DNA of 64,000 nucleotides from Scyliorhinus canicula (GCF_902713615.1 NC_052159.1:77414520-77478519), one strand, 5' to 3'; positions 26,673 to 38,157 are shown, counted from the stretch's first letter. Notes: generated by a model not told the origin, from the letters alone. Numbers and translations: made by a program.

Positions 26673-27418
26673 GGGCGCGATTCTCCGCTCCCCAGGCCGG
26701 ATGGGAGAATCGCAGGAGGGCTGGGCGAACCACGACACGCCGCCCTGGCACCCCCCGATTCTCCCAACCCCCCCCCCCAAAATGGCGTGTTACGTTTTGA
26801 GACATGCCGCTCAGAGAATTGCCGCTCGCCGTTCCTCACGGCGACCTCCAATTCTCCGGCCTGGATGGGCCGAGCGGCCTGACGAACCCGACCGGTTCAC
26901 GCAGGCGTCAGCCACACCTGGTCGCTGCCAGCGTGAACATCGCGCGACCGATAAGTGTGGGGCCTGTGGGGGGTGGAGGGAGGATCGAGCACCATGGGCG
27001 TGCTCTTGAGATGTCTGGCCCGCGATCGGTGCCCACCAATCGTCGGGCCAGCGTCTCTAAAGGACGCACTCTTTTCCCTCCGCCGCCCCGTAAGATTAAG
27101 CCGCCATGTCTTGCGGGGCAGCGGAGGGGAAGACGGCAACCGCACATGCGCGGGTTGGTGCCGGCCAACCTGCGCATGCGTGGCTGACGTCACTTAGGCG
27201 CCGCTGGCCGCGTAATTCCCGGAGCGCCGCTTTGACACAAGCTTCAAGCCCGGCGCTCGGGATTCACGCGCCGCCGCTCCTAGCCCCCCCCCGGGGGGGG
27301 GGGGGGGGGGGGGAGGGGGGAGAATAGGGGACGAGGAGCGGCCTCCGACGCCGGACTGAAACACTCCGGGTTTCACTCCGGCGTCGGCTGTTTCTCTCCA
27401 TTTCGGAGAATCGCGCTC
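26673..27418. mobile_element. GC-rich Harbinger-like MITE, same family as 25439-26102, nested in an older element
   Basis: TIRs gggcgcgattctcc / ggagaatcgcgctc, TSD AAG. Collinear with 25439-26102. Confidence 0.87.
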
Positions 27419-27784
27419 AAGAATCTCGTCGGCGAGATCGCGTTTTCCGATTCTCTCCGCACCTCGCCTGTGATGTAATGAGGTTCCCGCCCAGGAAGGC
27501 GAGATTATTTTTTTATTCATAATATTATAATTCTCCCGCGTGACGTCACATCAGCAAGGTTTACACCGAATGTTTAAAAACGGGAGCCAGGTGAAGGATA
27601 ACCCGCTAGGGGTATACAGGTAAGTACAGCCCCTGGGAGGAGAGGGGCATGCCCAGACAATGCCCTGGCATGGTCACTTGGTGTAGTGCTAAGTGGAAAG
27701 TGCCAAGATAGCAGGAGGCAGTGCCAAGGGAGTCCCTCTGGGTGGTGGATCCACTTATCTGTGGAGAGAGGGAGGTTTCCCAGG

Positions 27785-27787
<3 letters not shown>

Positions 27788-27840
<53 letters not shown>

Positions 27841-27842
27841 GG
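27788..27842 (+). repeat. (GT)n microsatellite followed by a G homopolymer
   Basis: About 18 GT units followed by a run of about 19 G. Confidence 0.95.
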
Positions 27843-29668
27843 TCTCTTTGTATATGGGGAGTCCATTTTTTAAAATCAGAGATTGGGGCGACCTTTTGAT
27901 CTTGGGATTCCTGGCATAGCTGGGTTTTTTTTGGGCCCCACTCAACCAGTGTGACGGCATTAGCCACACCTCCAACATTTCCTCCCCCCTCCTAAGCAAT
28001 TGAAAATGTGATGGGAAAAGCCGGGAGTGTAGCTCCCAGTCAGCTGCACACTGGTTTTCTTGCCTGAGCCGGCACCTCGGGTAAAAACACAAAAAATTCC
28101 GTCCTCTATTTCTGACCTTCAGGCGTGAGAGCTCATCCCTCCACTTTAAAACATATTTTAATTCATCATTTTGAGCAATTTAATCCAAGATAAATCTTCA
28201 AGCGATTGATTAACTTTTTCTCGGCACAACTGAACACTTTACAGTGTACATTTTATGAACTCGTGAAAGCATGCTCGAAACGAGAGAACCTTGTTTAAAT
28301 TTTGTTGATCTCGTGTTCTCACTGCCAGCCAAGAACATTATTGTTTTACTCCTTTTGCTTTGTGTCTCTTTGTATCATCTTCCATTCCTGAAAATACTAA
28401 TCCCTCCAGGAATATTGTTCCATGGACACTGGGTTAAGCAGCTGGCACTTCGACAGCATCCTGCCATTTTTATTTCATGAGCTTTGGCAAAGGCATCATC
28501 TAGGAAGAGACAGGTGAGACGGATTTGCGCTCCTATGACAGACATACATATGTGCACACAATTTAGAGTTACTGAACTGTGACCAGAAATGTGAACCCTA
28601 GTCGATTTCTCCATCCCCTGCCTGGAAGCACTGAGACCAATTCCAATCCTGCTCAAATCAGATAACAGCACAGGCCAAGAATTTAAACTGGCATATTCAG
28701 TATATGCATCACAATTGCACATTGCTTTTGTCAACTGAACAAATGGAGATATTTTATTCATTTTTATGCACAATTGCGCCATCATTTAATGCTTGTTGAA
28801 TAATTCCAGGGCAATCATGAATGATATTCTGTGCAGCTTTTGACTGAGAGCATTGCATTATTTACATGTTCAAGTGATAGATAGCTGCAGTGATCTTTGG
28901 CATGTACTAATGATGCCAATGGACTGACTACCAGGATGTGTACAGAAACATCTAAAATAAGGAGACTTCGTCACTGAGATTTTGCCATATTACCCCTTTG
29001 TCAGCTTGTGGCACAGATCTATGAGGCCAAAGGTTGTGGATTCAAGTCTTCCTCAAGGGACTTGAGTTCATAATCTAGTTTGGTTGGATGAAAAAGCAAC
29101 ATGAATGTCACAAGCTTTTGTTTAGTTTTCATGAAATCACAATTTAATGTGACTCTCATAGCAATAATAAAAAGTCCAAAGTGTCATGTCACAAAAGCAG
29201 ATTTGACTTATTTTGTCAAAATAATTAATTCCTCAGCAAATTATTATGATGTATTTAAGAGAGGAGCATTTATTTGCACTTCATTTTCAAATTATGTCCT
29301 TATTTCCTTTTATTCTTGCATGGGTAACTTTCTTGGAATCCTTATTTTGATTTTGTTTCACTTTCTCTAGCACATCTCTAATTCCAGATCTATCTATCTC
29401 CCTCAAGACGGGTTGTAGTGAAAGATGAATAGCACTATTCCTCTCACTATCCTGAAAGCAGTCTTAGTAATGGAGACATGATTGCATATATGTTGAAACG
29501 GTTTACTAAGTGAGTCCAAGTGAAGATAATGGCCCTGGTACAGTAGCATGCTTATTAATCAGTTTAGTGCCTCAGTACTACACGGAGTAGAAACAAACAT
29601 CAGATGTGTTTTTTATTCAGCTTTGCAATTTCACCCCTCTTCTGAAAGAAATATGAATCAACATAAAG

Positions 29669-29975
29669 GGGCAGCACGATAGCACAGTGGGTAGCACTGT
29701 TGCTTCACAGGTCAGGGTGTCAGGTTCAATTCCTGCTTGGGTCACTGTCTGTGGGAGTCTGCACCTTCTCCCCGTGTCTGCGTGGGTTTCCTCTGGGTGC
29801 TCCGGTTTCCTCCCACAAGTCCCGAAAGACGTGCTTGTTGGGTGAATTGGACATTCTGAATTCTTCGTCTGCGTACCCAAACAGGCGCCGGAATATTGCG
29901 ACTAGGGATTTTCACAGTAACTTCATTGCAGTAGTAATGTAATTCTATTTGTGACAATAATAAAGATTATTATTA
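29669..29975 (+). mobile_element. V-SINE with 'gcgccggaat' tail
   Basis: Head gggcagcacgatagcacagtgg, V-domain, tail ending gtgacaataataaagattattatt. Confidence 0.86.
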
Positions 29976-30009
29976 AATCAAACAGGGAACGCACAATCTG
30001 TGCCATATA

Positions 30010-30352
30010 GGGCAGCACGGTAGCACAGTGGGTGGCACTGTCGCTTCACAGCTCCAGGATCCCAGGTTAGATTCCCGGATTGGGTCACTGTCTGTGTGGA
30101 GTCTGCACATTCTGTGTGGGTTTACTTCGGCTGCTCCGGTTTCCTCCAACAGTCCAATGACATGCAGGTTAGGTGGATTGGCTATGCTAAATTGCCCTTC
30201 GTGCCCAAAGGGGTTAGGACGGGTTGCTGGGTTATGGGTATGGGTATGGGGTGGAGGTATGGGCTTAAGTGGAGTGCTCTTTCCAAGGGCAGGTGCAGAC
30301 TCGATGGGCCGAATGGCCTTCTTCTGCACTGTAAATTCTATGTAATGTAATA
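30010..30352 (+). mobile_element. HE1-like V-SINE with CR1 tail
   Basis: Full head, V-domain, gggccgaatggccttcttctgcactgtaaattctatg. Confidence 0.86.
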
Positions 30353-31896
30353 TGGGAACTCCAGAGCCGGTATCCTGGACAACCGCATGTATAGGAAATA
30401 CAATCAGCTGGAGAAGCTCGAATTCTGGGTTTCAGTAAAGAGGAAGATTGGAAAAGCACGACAAATGTGGAATTCTATACAAATGGGAGCAAATAAGGTG
30501 CCTGCAGACGTAATATCCTAGGTCGTATGTCACCTCCCTAGAGCCAAGGTGCAGGATGCAAATTAGTTGTTGCAGGGCACACTGAGGTGGGAGAGTGCAC
30601 AGTAAGAAGTCACAGTCCATATCACAAAGGTAGAAAGATGGGATGAGGCCTTGCAGGTGGAATTTAGGGAGCTAGAAATGAAATTATTAAGCAAGATCCT
30701 AAAGATAATAATTTCTGGATTACTGTCGGTGCCGCGTGCTGGTGAGTATAGAAATAGAAAGATAGAGCAGATGAATGAATGGCTGGAGAGGTGGTATGAC
30801 AGGGAGAGTTTTATACTCCTGGCACAGGGTAATTGGCTGTGGGGAAATGAAGCCTGAATATCCGACATGAGTTGCATCTGAACAGAGCCAGGACCAATGT
30901 GCTCAAGAGATGGGGTGGGCAGGGGGAGGTGATGTCTAAACAAATTTGGTGTGGGGATGGAACCAAAGATTTAATATTAAAAAGGAGAAATATGATGCAC
31001 AAAGGATTGAGAGAGACAGATAGCATAAGAACTGGTAAGGCATCAAGCATGGTCAGATTACGAGGAAATTTAATATGATCTAACTAATTCATCTATATAA
31101 ACAAACAAACCACGGCAAATAAGGTTGGTGAGTTGGAAATATGATATTGTGATGACAATGGAGAACTGGTTCAAAAATGATAGAAACGGGTACTAAATAT
31201 CCCTGGATTCAGGAGTTCCGGAAAGACAGGGATAGAAATAAAAGTCGAGTGGCAGCGTTGGTAAAGGAAGATATAATAGGAGGAGCGGAAGAGGATGTCT
31301 TGGAGGAATCATGGACAAAATCTAATTGGTTAGAGTTGCAAGCAATGGAAGTATCAATAAAGTACTGGGTATATTCTATAGGCCAGGTAGTGGAAAAAAA
31401 AATAGAGGAGCAGATTCAGAAATAAATTAGAGAAAGGTGCAAAAACTATAGACTAGTAATAATGGAGGATTTAAATGATCCTGAAATAGACTGGGATAAT
31501 AAAGGGCAGAGAGAAGCAGGAGTTTATAGAGTGTGTTCTGGAAAATGTTCTGCAGCTGATAATTTCCAGTCCAATGGAGGAGGAGGTATTGCTGGATCTG
31601 GTTCTGGAAAATTAGGTGAATCAAGTGTCAGCAGGGAAATATTTAGGGAAGAGTGATCATTCTACCATAAGGTTTATATTTGCTATGAAGAATGATGAGG
31701 AGCAATCCAGACTGAAAATGCTTAATTCGAGGAGGGACATATTCAGTTGGTGAAGATTGGATTTGGCCCAGGTAAACTGAAATTAAAGATAGGCAGGCAA
31801 AACCGTAATGGAACAATAGGATGTCTTTAAAGAGGAGACGGTCTGGGTACAATTGTGGTACGTTTCCACAAGAGGGTAAGGAGGGTCACTGAAGCC

Positions 31897-32300
31897 TGAT
31901 GTGTTGGGTATGCTGGGTCTGCAAGGACTGTGTTTACCAGAGCAGTGAGAGAGACAGGCTTCCAACACTTGTAGAAGTACAACTCTATTTTATTTAACTA
32001 TGAGCTGTTAAACATACTTGCACTGTGGGTTAACATTATGTTAGGTTGACTGGAGACCTGAGGCTAACCTGACCAGACTATACTGCTAGCACATGGTAGA
32101 TGTTTGTGTTGCTGACTACGGACTCTGGCTGTCTCAGAGGCTGCATCCTGAGAGAGCGGGAAAACTAGTGCCCTCTGGCTTTATAGTGGCCGTGTCCTGT
32201 CTGGTGATTGGCTGCTGTGTTCTGTGTGTTGACTGGTCTTTCAGTGTGTCAGTCAGTGTCTGTCTATGCACCATCATATACTTGTGTGTATATTATGACA
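31897..32300 (-). mobile_element. Solo LTR (404 bp)
   Basis: TG...CA termini, perfect 5-bp TSD AAGCC (31892-31896 / 32301-32305). On the minus strand: CCAAT at ~32208, TATAAA at 32180-32185, AATAAA at 31989-31994. Confidence 0.88.
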
Positions 32301-32411
32301 AAGCCAAATATCCCTGAATGAGAAAAGGGATGGAGAGTAAGATGAAACTTCAGAAAGACATGTAAAACGGATGTCAGTAAAACTAGCTTAATTTAGAGGA
32401 CTGGAGTTTAT

Positions 32412-32817
32412 GGGGTGCTGTATTCCTGGCCTCATGGACTGAAATGTTAATAGCAAGCCCGCCCACGGAAATGCCGGCTGCCCTGCATTCATGTTACAGT
32501 GAGAACAGCCGTCATTGTTTCAAGGTGAGACTCTCTCTCTCCCTCCCCCCCCCCCCTTCCCCACCCACCCACCCACCCCCTCCCCCAAGAGGAAATCCCA
32601 CCTTAGAGAGCTGCCAGCCAATCTGAAATAGTAATGGAGTTGGGCTGGGACACTTAGTGGGAATTGTGTGGCCATTTGAGAGTTTCAGTAGGCCCCAGGA
32701 TGGGCAGGTTGCCTGACTTCATGCCCATCAAAATGGGAGATAGGTTAGGAGTTGGCGGGAAGGCCACACACTTTATTTTACCAGACCTCACCTTCAAACA
32801 GGCATAGAATCCGGCCC
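32412..32817. mobile_element. Degraded MITE inserted in CR1
   Basis: Non-CR1 insert ending agaatccggccc, with an internal C-rich tract. Confidence 0.45.
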
Positions 32818-33084
32818 AGAAAGTTCAGAGGGGGAATGAAAGATAAAGTCAGCGAGGCAAAGCAAAAAAATGTGAAGAGACGGGCAGCTCACAAAATACA
32901 GGAGTCTTCTATAGGCATAAAACTAGTAAAAGGAAGGGTGAGGTGGAATAGAGTCCAAAATAGGCCTCAAATGTGGAGGCAACGAGCATGGCTTATGGAT
33001 GAAATAAGTACTTTGCAGTAAGAATTGAAAATGCCAAAACGGCTTCCCCATCATGAAAATATTTATTCTCAAGTACACTTCATG

Positions 33085-33262
33085 TATGAAATGAAAATCG
33101 CTTATTGTCACGAGTAGGCTTCAAATGAAGTTACTGTGAAAAGCCCCTAGTCGCCACATTCCGGCGCCTGTTCGGGGAGGCTGTTACGGGAATCGAACCG
33201 TGCTGCTGGCCTGCTTGGTCTGCTTTCAAAGCCAGCAATTTAGCGTTGTGCTAAACAGCCCC
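33085..33262 (-). mobile_element. Short tRNA-head SINE
   Basis: Near-identical to 11594-11759, but with a (TTTCA)n tail. Confidence 0.86.
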
Positions 33263-33264
33263 TG

Positions 33265-34260
33265 TACCAGGGAGAAAAATGAATACTCCTATTCTCTTGG
33301 GTGCAGGAACCTCCTTGGGTCGACTCTTCCCATCTCACTCATGAGCCCAGCCAGTGCCTTCGCCCCCCTGACTGGTTCAGCGAGCGCAGCTGAGACCTGT
33401 CCACCTTCGGCTCCTGCACCATATTCCAATCCCGCCCCCACTATTAACTCGTGGGTATCCAAAGCTGGAATGGCACCCAGCACCCTATTCACAAACCCCA
33501 CATCGTCCCAGTTGGGGCCATATATGGTCACCAGCACCACCAACCTCCCCTCTAACACCCCTGTCACTATCACATACCTACCTTCACAGCTCCAGGGTCC
33601 AAGGTTCGATTCCCGGCTTGGGTCATTGTCTGTGCTGAGTCTGCACGTTCTCCACGTGTGCGCGTGGGTTTCCTCTGGGTGCTCCGGTTTCTTCCCACAG
33701 TCCAAAGATGTGCAGGTTAGGTGGATTGGCCCTGCTAAATTGTCCGTAGTGTCCAAAATTGCCCTTAGTGTTGGGTGGGGTTACTGGGTTACGGGGAGAG
33801 GGTGGAGGTGTGCGGTTGGGTAGGCTGCTCTTTACAAGAGCCGGTGCAAACTCGTGGGCCAAATGGCCTCCTTCTGCACTGTAAATTCTATGAATCTACC
33901 CCCGTGATCCACCTTCTCCACCTGGAATCTCACCCTCTTACCCACCGCTCCCCCTGCGCCAAACTATCAAACACCGAATGGAAAACCTGATTCCCCCAAC
34001 CCTTCCTAAACCTCACCCGATCTTTCACACTCAGGTGGGTCTCCTGCAGCATCATCACATCGGCCTTTAAGCTCTTTAAACGTGTAAAGGCCCTTGACCT
34101 CTTCACCGGCCCCCTAATGCCCTTATGTTCCACGTCACTATTCCGACCGAGGGTCTCTCACGCCCCAGCCCCTCCTATCCGCCATCATCGTAACCCCGGG
34201 TCCTGGCCATTGGGCCTGACGCGTCGAACATCTCTCCTTCCCAGAATCCCCCTATCCACT
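33265..34260 (-). mobile_element. Second L1 fragment (ORF2 endonuclease), split by a SINE
   Basis: IRGPVKRSRAFTRLKSLKADVMMLQETHL (33930..34133) and GRYVIVTGVLEGRLVVLVTIYGPNWDDVGF (33289..33756), homologous to the copy at 1-511. Confidence 0.87.
33583..33895 (+). mobile_element. 5'-truncated HE1-like V-SINE inserted in the L1 endonuclease
   Basis: Flanked by a CTACC duplication (33578-33582 / 33896-33900). Removing it restores L1 DHGGRYVIVTG. Confidence 0.88.
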
Positions 34261-35289
34261 TCCTCTTGAAAACACCTCTCCCAGTATCGATCTCATCCCC
34301 TAGTTTGTCAGACTTTGAGGATATTGTATTGTCCTGCGCAGCTCTCCTCTGGCAGATAAACATTGCTGCCACATACTTTACTTTCTCTCTCAAGTCGCAT
34401 CCTCAAATTTCCATCTCAACAGTCAACAAACACTCTTCTTCCTCATTGTCACCCTTCTAAAACATTCATTCCCCCATTCCCACCAATCACTTAACCTTTT
34501 ACTTATAACTCTCTCCCCTGTTCTGACAAACGAAAATAGTAAATGAGCAGCCTCCTTGGAGCTCAGCTGAAGCCACAGGTTTAGCCCTACATACAGGAAT
34601 TAGAAGCAAAAAATTAAGACTTCATAGTTGCATAAGGGGATTCACTTGAATGTGTGCAGCTATAAAAATGTTCCATGAGTGAAATAGGGAACAAGGAAAT
34701 GTTTTTTTAAATCTTTGTCTTGCCGACTTCACTTGGCCATTTGATTCCCCAGCAGTCAAAAGGCTTCATAAAAATGAAGCATGCAGACTGTGTACTTGTA
34801 ATGGAGCAATTAAGACAGTGGGAATGATTTGAGCTGCGGGCTAGTAGATCCAGAGTATTTGATGGGGCAGTTCTTTAGGGTTGTGAGTTATCTGATCCGT
34901 GCATCTAAGGGGTGACACAGGCTTCTCTGCCAACCAGATGTGTGGCTGCACCTGCTCCAGCCACATTATGCACCACTTCCTCCAGTTTCTTTCTGTCCTG
35001 CTGGTTGAAGTATGCTGAATGGTCTGTAGCTTCTTCCCCCTGCAACCCCGTGTTGGGCAAGGTACACCAGGCCACGACTATTCTCAACACCTTTTCTGGT
35101 GCATATTGTTGGGCCCCCCAGATCTGTCAAGACATCTTCAGCAAGCTAATAGTATCCCCAATGATCACACTTGTAATATTGTGGTTCCTGGTGTACCTCT
35201 CTTTGGCATTTTGCAAGGTCCTTAGGTGGTGGCCTTGGTCTCCGCTCAGAGATATACACACCATGTCAGTCTTTATGGACATCAAAAGG

Positions 35290-36110
35290 CACTTATAATC
35301 CGAACTGGTGTCAAGCCAGAATGTGTGATAGCCCCCATACTATTTACAATCCACTTGACAGTGTCTAGTCACCTCAAAAGATCAACTGTTCTCTGGTGTC
35401 AGTATTAAATGTTGCCTAGATGGAAAACAGTCTCACCACAGTCACCTCCATGCCAAAACTAAACTGACCTCCATAGACATACATGATGTACAGTTTGCAG
35501 ATTACTGCAGTGTCTTTTCCCACTCTGCACCAGATTTGCAAGCCACTTCAATCTCTTCAGTTCTGCATACAAGAGAGACACATAAGAATCTAGAGAAATT
35601 CCTCCAGCAATGGGTCTGCCCATCCCCCAGATTCAATGGGAGGATCATCAAACAAATGGCTCTTGAAGCCAACTCCACCAGCATTCAGGCAAAACTCCTG
35701 CAAAATCAACATTGAAAGACAGGACACAGTGCCTTGATGGTCGAAAAGCATCTCCTCTGCCAGGTCCTGTTTTCTCATCTGTGAAATGGCCAGTGTTCCA
35801 GGGGTGGATAAAGAAAACACTACAAAAGCACTATAGCTCTCCTTGGAGCTCAGCAATTTGACATTAATGACTGGGAGGAGCTTGCTACCAATCATTCATA
35901 ATGACGACAACTTGTCCATTTAGGTACATCACACTTTGAGTCACAACGTTTTAATGATGAGGCAGTGATGGCAGAGAAAGAAAGTAAGGAAGCAAGTTCT
36001 GTACTCAGGATTCCATTTCCTCATGGGACATCTTTCCCCATGTGTCCAAAGCTCTGTGTGTCGAGAACCATCCTGCCCAGTCAAATGCATCATCTTCAGT
36101 CACGGCAGAA
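35290..36110 (+). mobile_element. RTE-clade LINE fragment (RT and 3' end)
   Basis: IRTGVKPECVIAPILFTIHL (GVKQGC.L.P.LF motif), LHAKTK...DVQFADYC (ADD motif), and a C-terminal DINDWEELA remnant. Confidence 0.72.
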
Positions 36111-37149
36111 ATCTACAACCCCGAGTAGACATCATCCGCGTAACGAGGGAGAACCAATGAAAACTTTCCAAGTTTGTGCTGCCTATGACTCCTTGAACCT
36201 GTCGAACTCCAGACTCTGCGGCAAAAGTAAGAGCTCTCTGCACTTGACTGGCCTCTGGGTCAAAGTGCACACAGTGGGCAGTCTTGGCATATATGACATT
36301 TGTGAATTGGGAAACAACTTGTGGGTTGTAGATTATGAGGTCCTGTGGATGTCCCCACTTGATGCCTGAAAGGAGGCAAATCAGTTCAGGGCTGTGGTGA
36401 TTTTATGACCACTGGTAAAACATGCCCCCAGCTCTCTTTGAAGGAGGATACAAATGTCAACAAAGAGCTGCAGGGTGACCCTGAGCTTTCTGAGGCACTG
36501 TTATTTCATCATGTCGGGAAAACTGATCCTCTGACTATACATACCTGTTTGGGGAAATTGCCTCCATTGAGCTGCTGCTCTGTGTCCTTCTCTTCTTTTC
36601 TGTGGAAAGACTGTGGAGAAGGGGGCTGCAGTTGGCGTTCCTGTTTGTTGTTGGTATTACTGGTTCACCTGTTCCTCTACAGAGGCCGATATAAAGGTGG
36701 CATAATCTGGCCCCGTTCTAGGTTTATAACAAGGTAAGTCAGAACCACGAGAAGTAAAATACATTAAAAACGTTGTTCCTGCCTTGTAATTCATGGGAAT
36801 CATGCACTCACGCAAGTGCTCCGTGTATAAGCCAGAGGCACGGCGGCAGCGGTTCTCTTTCACAATTAAAATGCATTCTGGCATGTCAGTTTAAACATTC
36901 AATTACTTCCCGCTGTGCGCTCAGCTTGTAGGTTCTGGCGAGATCCATGCGACTCAGGAAGTCCATGTGCTGTTTGTTAAAGCCAGAATAGAAGGTTAAA
37001 TTGCCATTTCATTGCTGTTTAGCATAATTAATTATCTGAGCCTACACCTTCAAGGGAGTTTCCCACTCACTTGTAAACACACTCCTGTTAAATATGAAAG
37101 ATGTCAGAAACAAGTAGGCTTCCTTCCATCCTGTCCTTTTTCGAGGTTT

Positions 37150-37925
37150 TAACCCCTGACTGTCTCCTATCCCCAACAAAGCCATTCCCCCTTTGCAAAT
37201 AAAATTCTGCCTTGTGGCTGACAAAAGCAAGGAAGGTATGATGAGTCTTTTATAAAACACTGTTCACCCTCAGCTGGAGTATTGTATCCAATACTGGGCA
37301 CTGCACTTTCAGAGGGATGTGAAGCTTTAGAGAGGATGACGGAATAATTTCAAGATAAGGAACTTCAAGTATGTTGATAGTTTGAAGAAGGTGGGATTGT
37401 TCTCCTTAGAGAAGTTTGAGAAGAAATTGGATAGGTGCTCATCATGAGAGGCCCAGACAGAAGAGATGGAGATAAATTGTTCCCATTGGTAGAGGGAGAC
37501 AAATTTAAAGAGACTGGCAAAAGAGCCAAAAGTGGCATGCAATAGAACATTCTTACATAGCAAGTGGTTTGGGTAAGGGACGCCCATCTTGAGAGGTGGT
37601 GGAGGTGGATTTGATTGTGGTTCACAAAACCCAATTGAAAATCGCTTGTCACAAGTAGGCTTCAAATGAAGTTACTGTGAAAAGCCCCTAGTCGCCACAT
37701 TCCGGCGCCTGTTCGGAGAGGCTGGTATGGGAATTGAATTGTGCTGCTGGCCTGCCTTGGTTTGCTTTCAAAGCCAGTGATTTAGCCCTGTGCTAAACCA
37801 GCCCCATATTGGCAAAGTACCTGAAAGGGCAGGGGTGTGAGACGAACAAAATTGTTCTTGTGGAGAACCAGCATGGACAAGATGGGCTGAATAGTCTCTT
37901 TTTGTACTGTAACTGATTCTATCTG
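37150..37925 (+). mobile_element. CR1 LINE 3' fragment interrupted by a SINE
   Basis: LYKTLF.PQLEYCIQYWALHFQRDVK.LER remnant. Tail gatgggctgaatagtctctttttgtactgtaactgattctat. Confidence 0.8.
37637..37805 (-). mobile_element. Short tRNA-head SINE
   Basis: Same family as 11577 and 33085. Confidence 0.85.
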
Positions 37926-38157
37926 AACGAATCAATATCTGTCTATCCCACTGTACCAATAATAGGGGTTAAGGAAGGGATTGTTAAATATGTGAAATGT
38001 AATTTATGCAAAACATTTTTTGAAAAAGCTAATAAAAGTATTTATAAAAACAACATGGGCGTCAATTCATACAACATGGTTTTACTCATTCCTCTCTTCC
38101 TTCAAGGGTGGGTTGCCTCATCATTTCTCACTCTTAATGAGGGACTCATAACATTGG

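Larger units (their letters stand above)
26640..28104. mobile_element. Older Harbinger-like host element
   Basis: Begins gggcgcaaaatcc, resumes after the nested MITE, ends aaaattccgtcc. Contains a GGCA.TGCC cluster (27645-27730). Confidence 0.5.
30370..33030 (+). mobile_element. CR1 LINE 5'/central part: ORF1 SGNH-esterase remnant and ORF2 endonuclease remnant, interrupted by an LTR and a MITE
   Basis: EFRELEMKL..KIIISGLLSVPRAGEYRNRKIEQMNEWLERW..RESF and LHLNRARTNVL (CR1 ORF1 esterase). FRKDR...VAALVKEDI...WLEL, MEDLNDPEIDW and SDH remnants (APE). Confidence 0.82.

Noticed and set aside
25361-27520. Multiple overlapping 100-200 aa Arg/Pro/Gly-rich ORFs (also 12227-12839)
   Set aside because: Stop-poor artefacts of very GC-rich MITEs, open in several frames on both strands with no domain signature.
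29669-29745. tRNA-like A/B boxes at SINE heads as tRNA genes
   Set aside because: They continue into SINE body and tail in many copies and have no complete cloverleaf.
33200-33823. 207-aa plus-strand ORF and 155-aa minus-strand SINE/L1 chimeric ORF
   Set aside because: They cross SINE, L1 and SINE junctions by chance. The L1 part is degenerate.
34905-35290. 128-aa ORF 34912..35298 and a possible inverted RTE piece
   Set aside because: No recognisable domain or splice signals, and similarity to RTE is too weak to call by eye.
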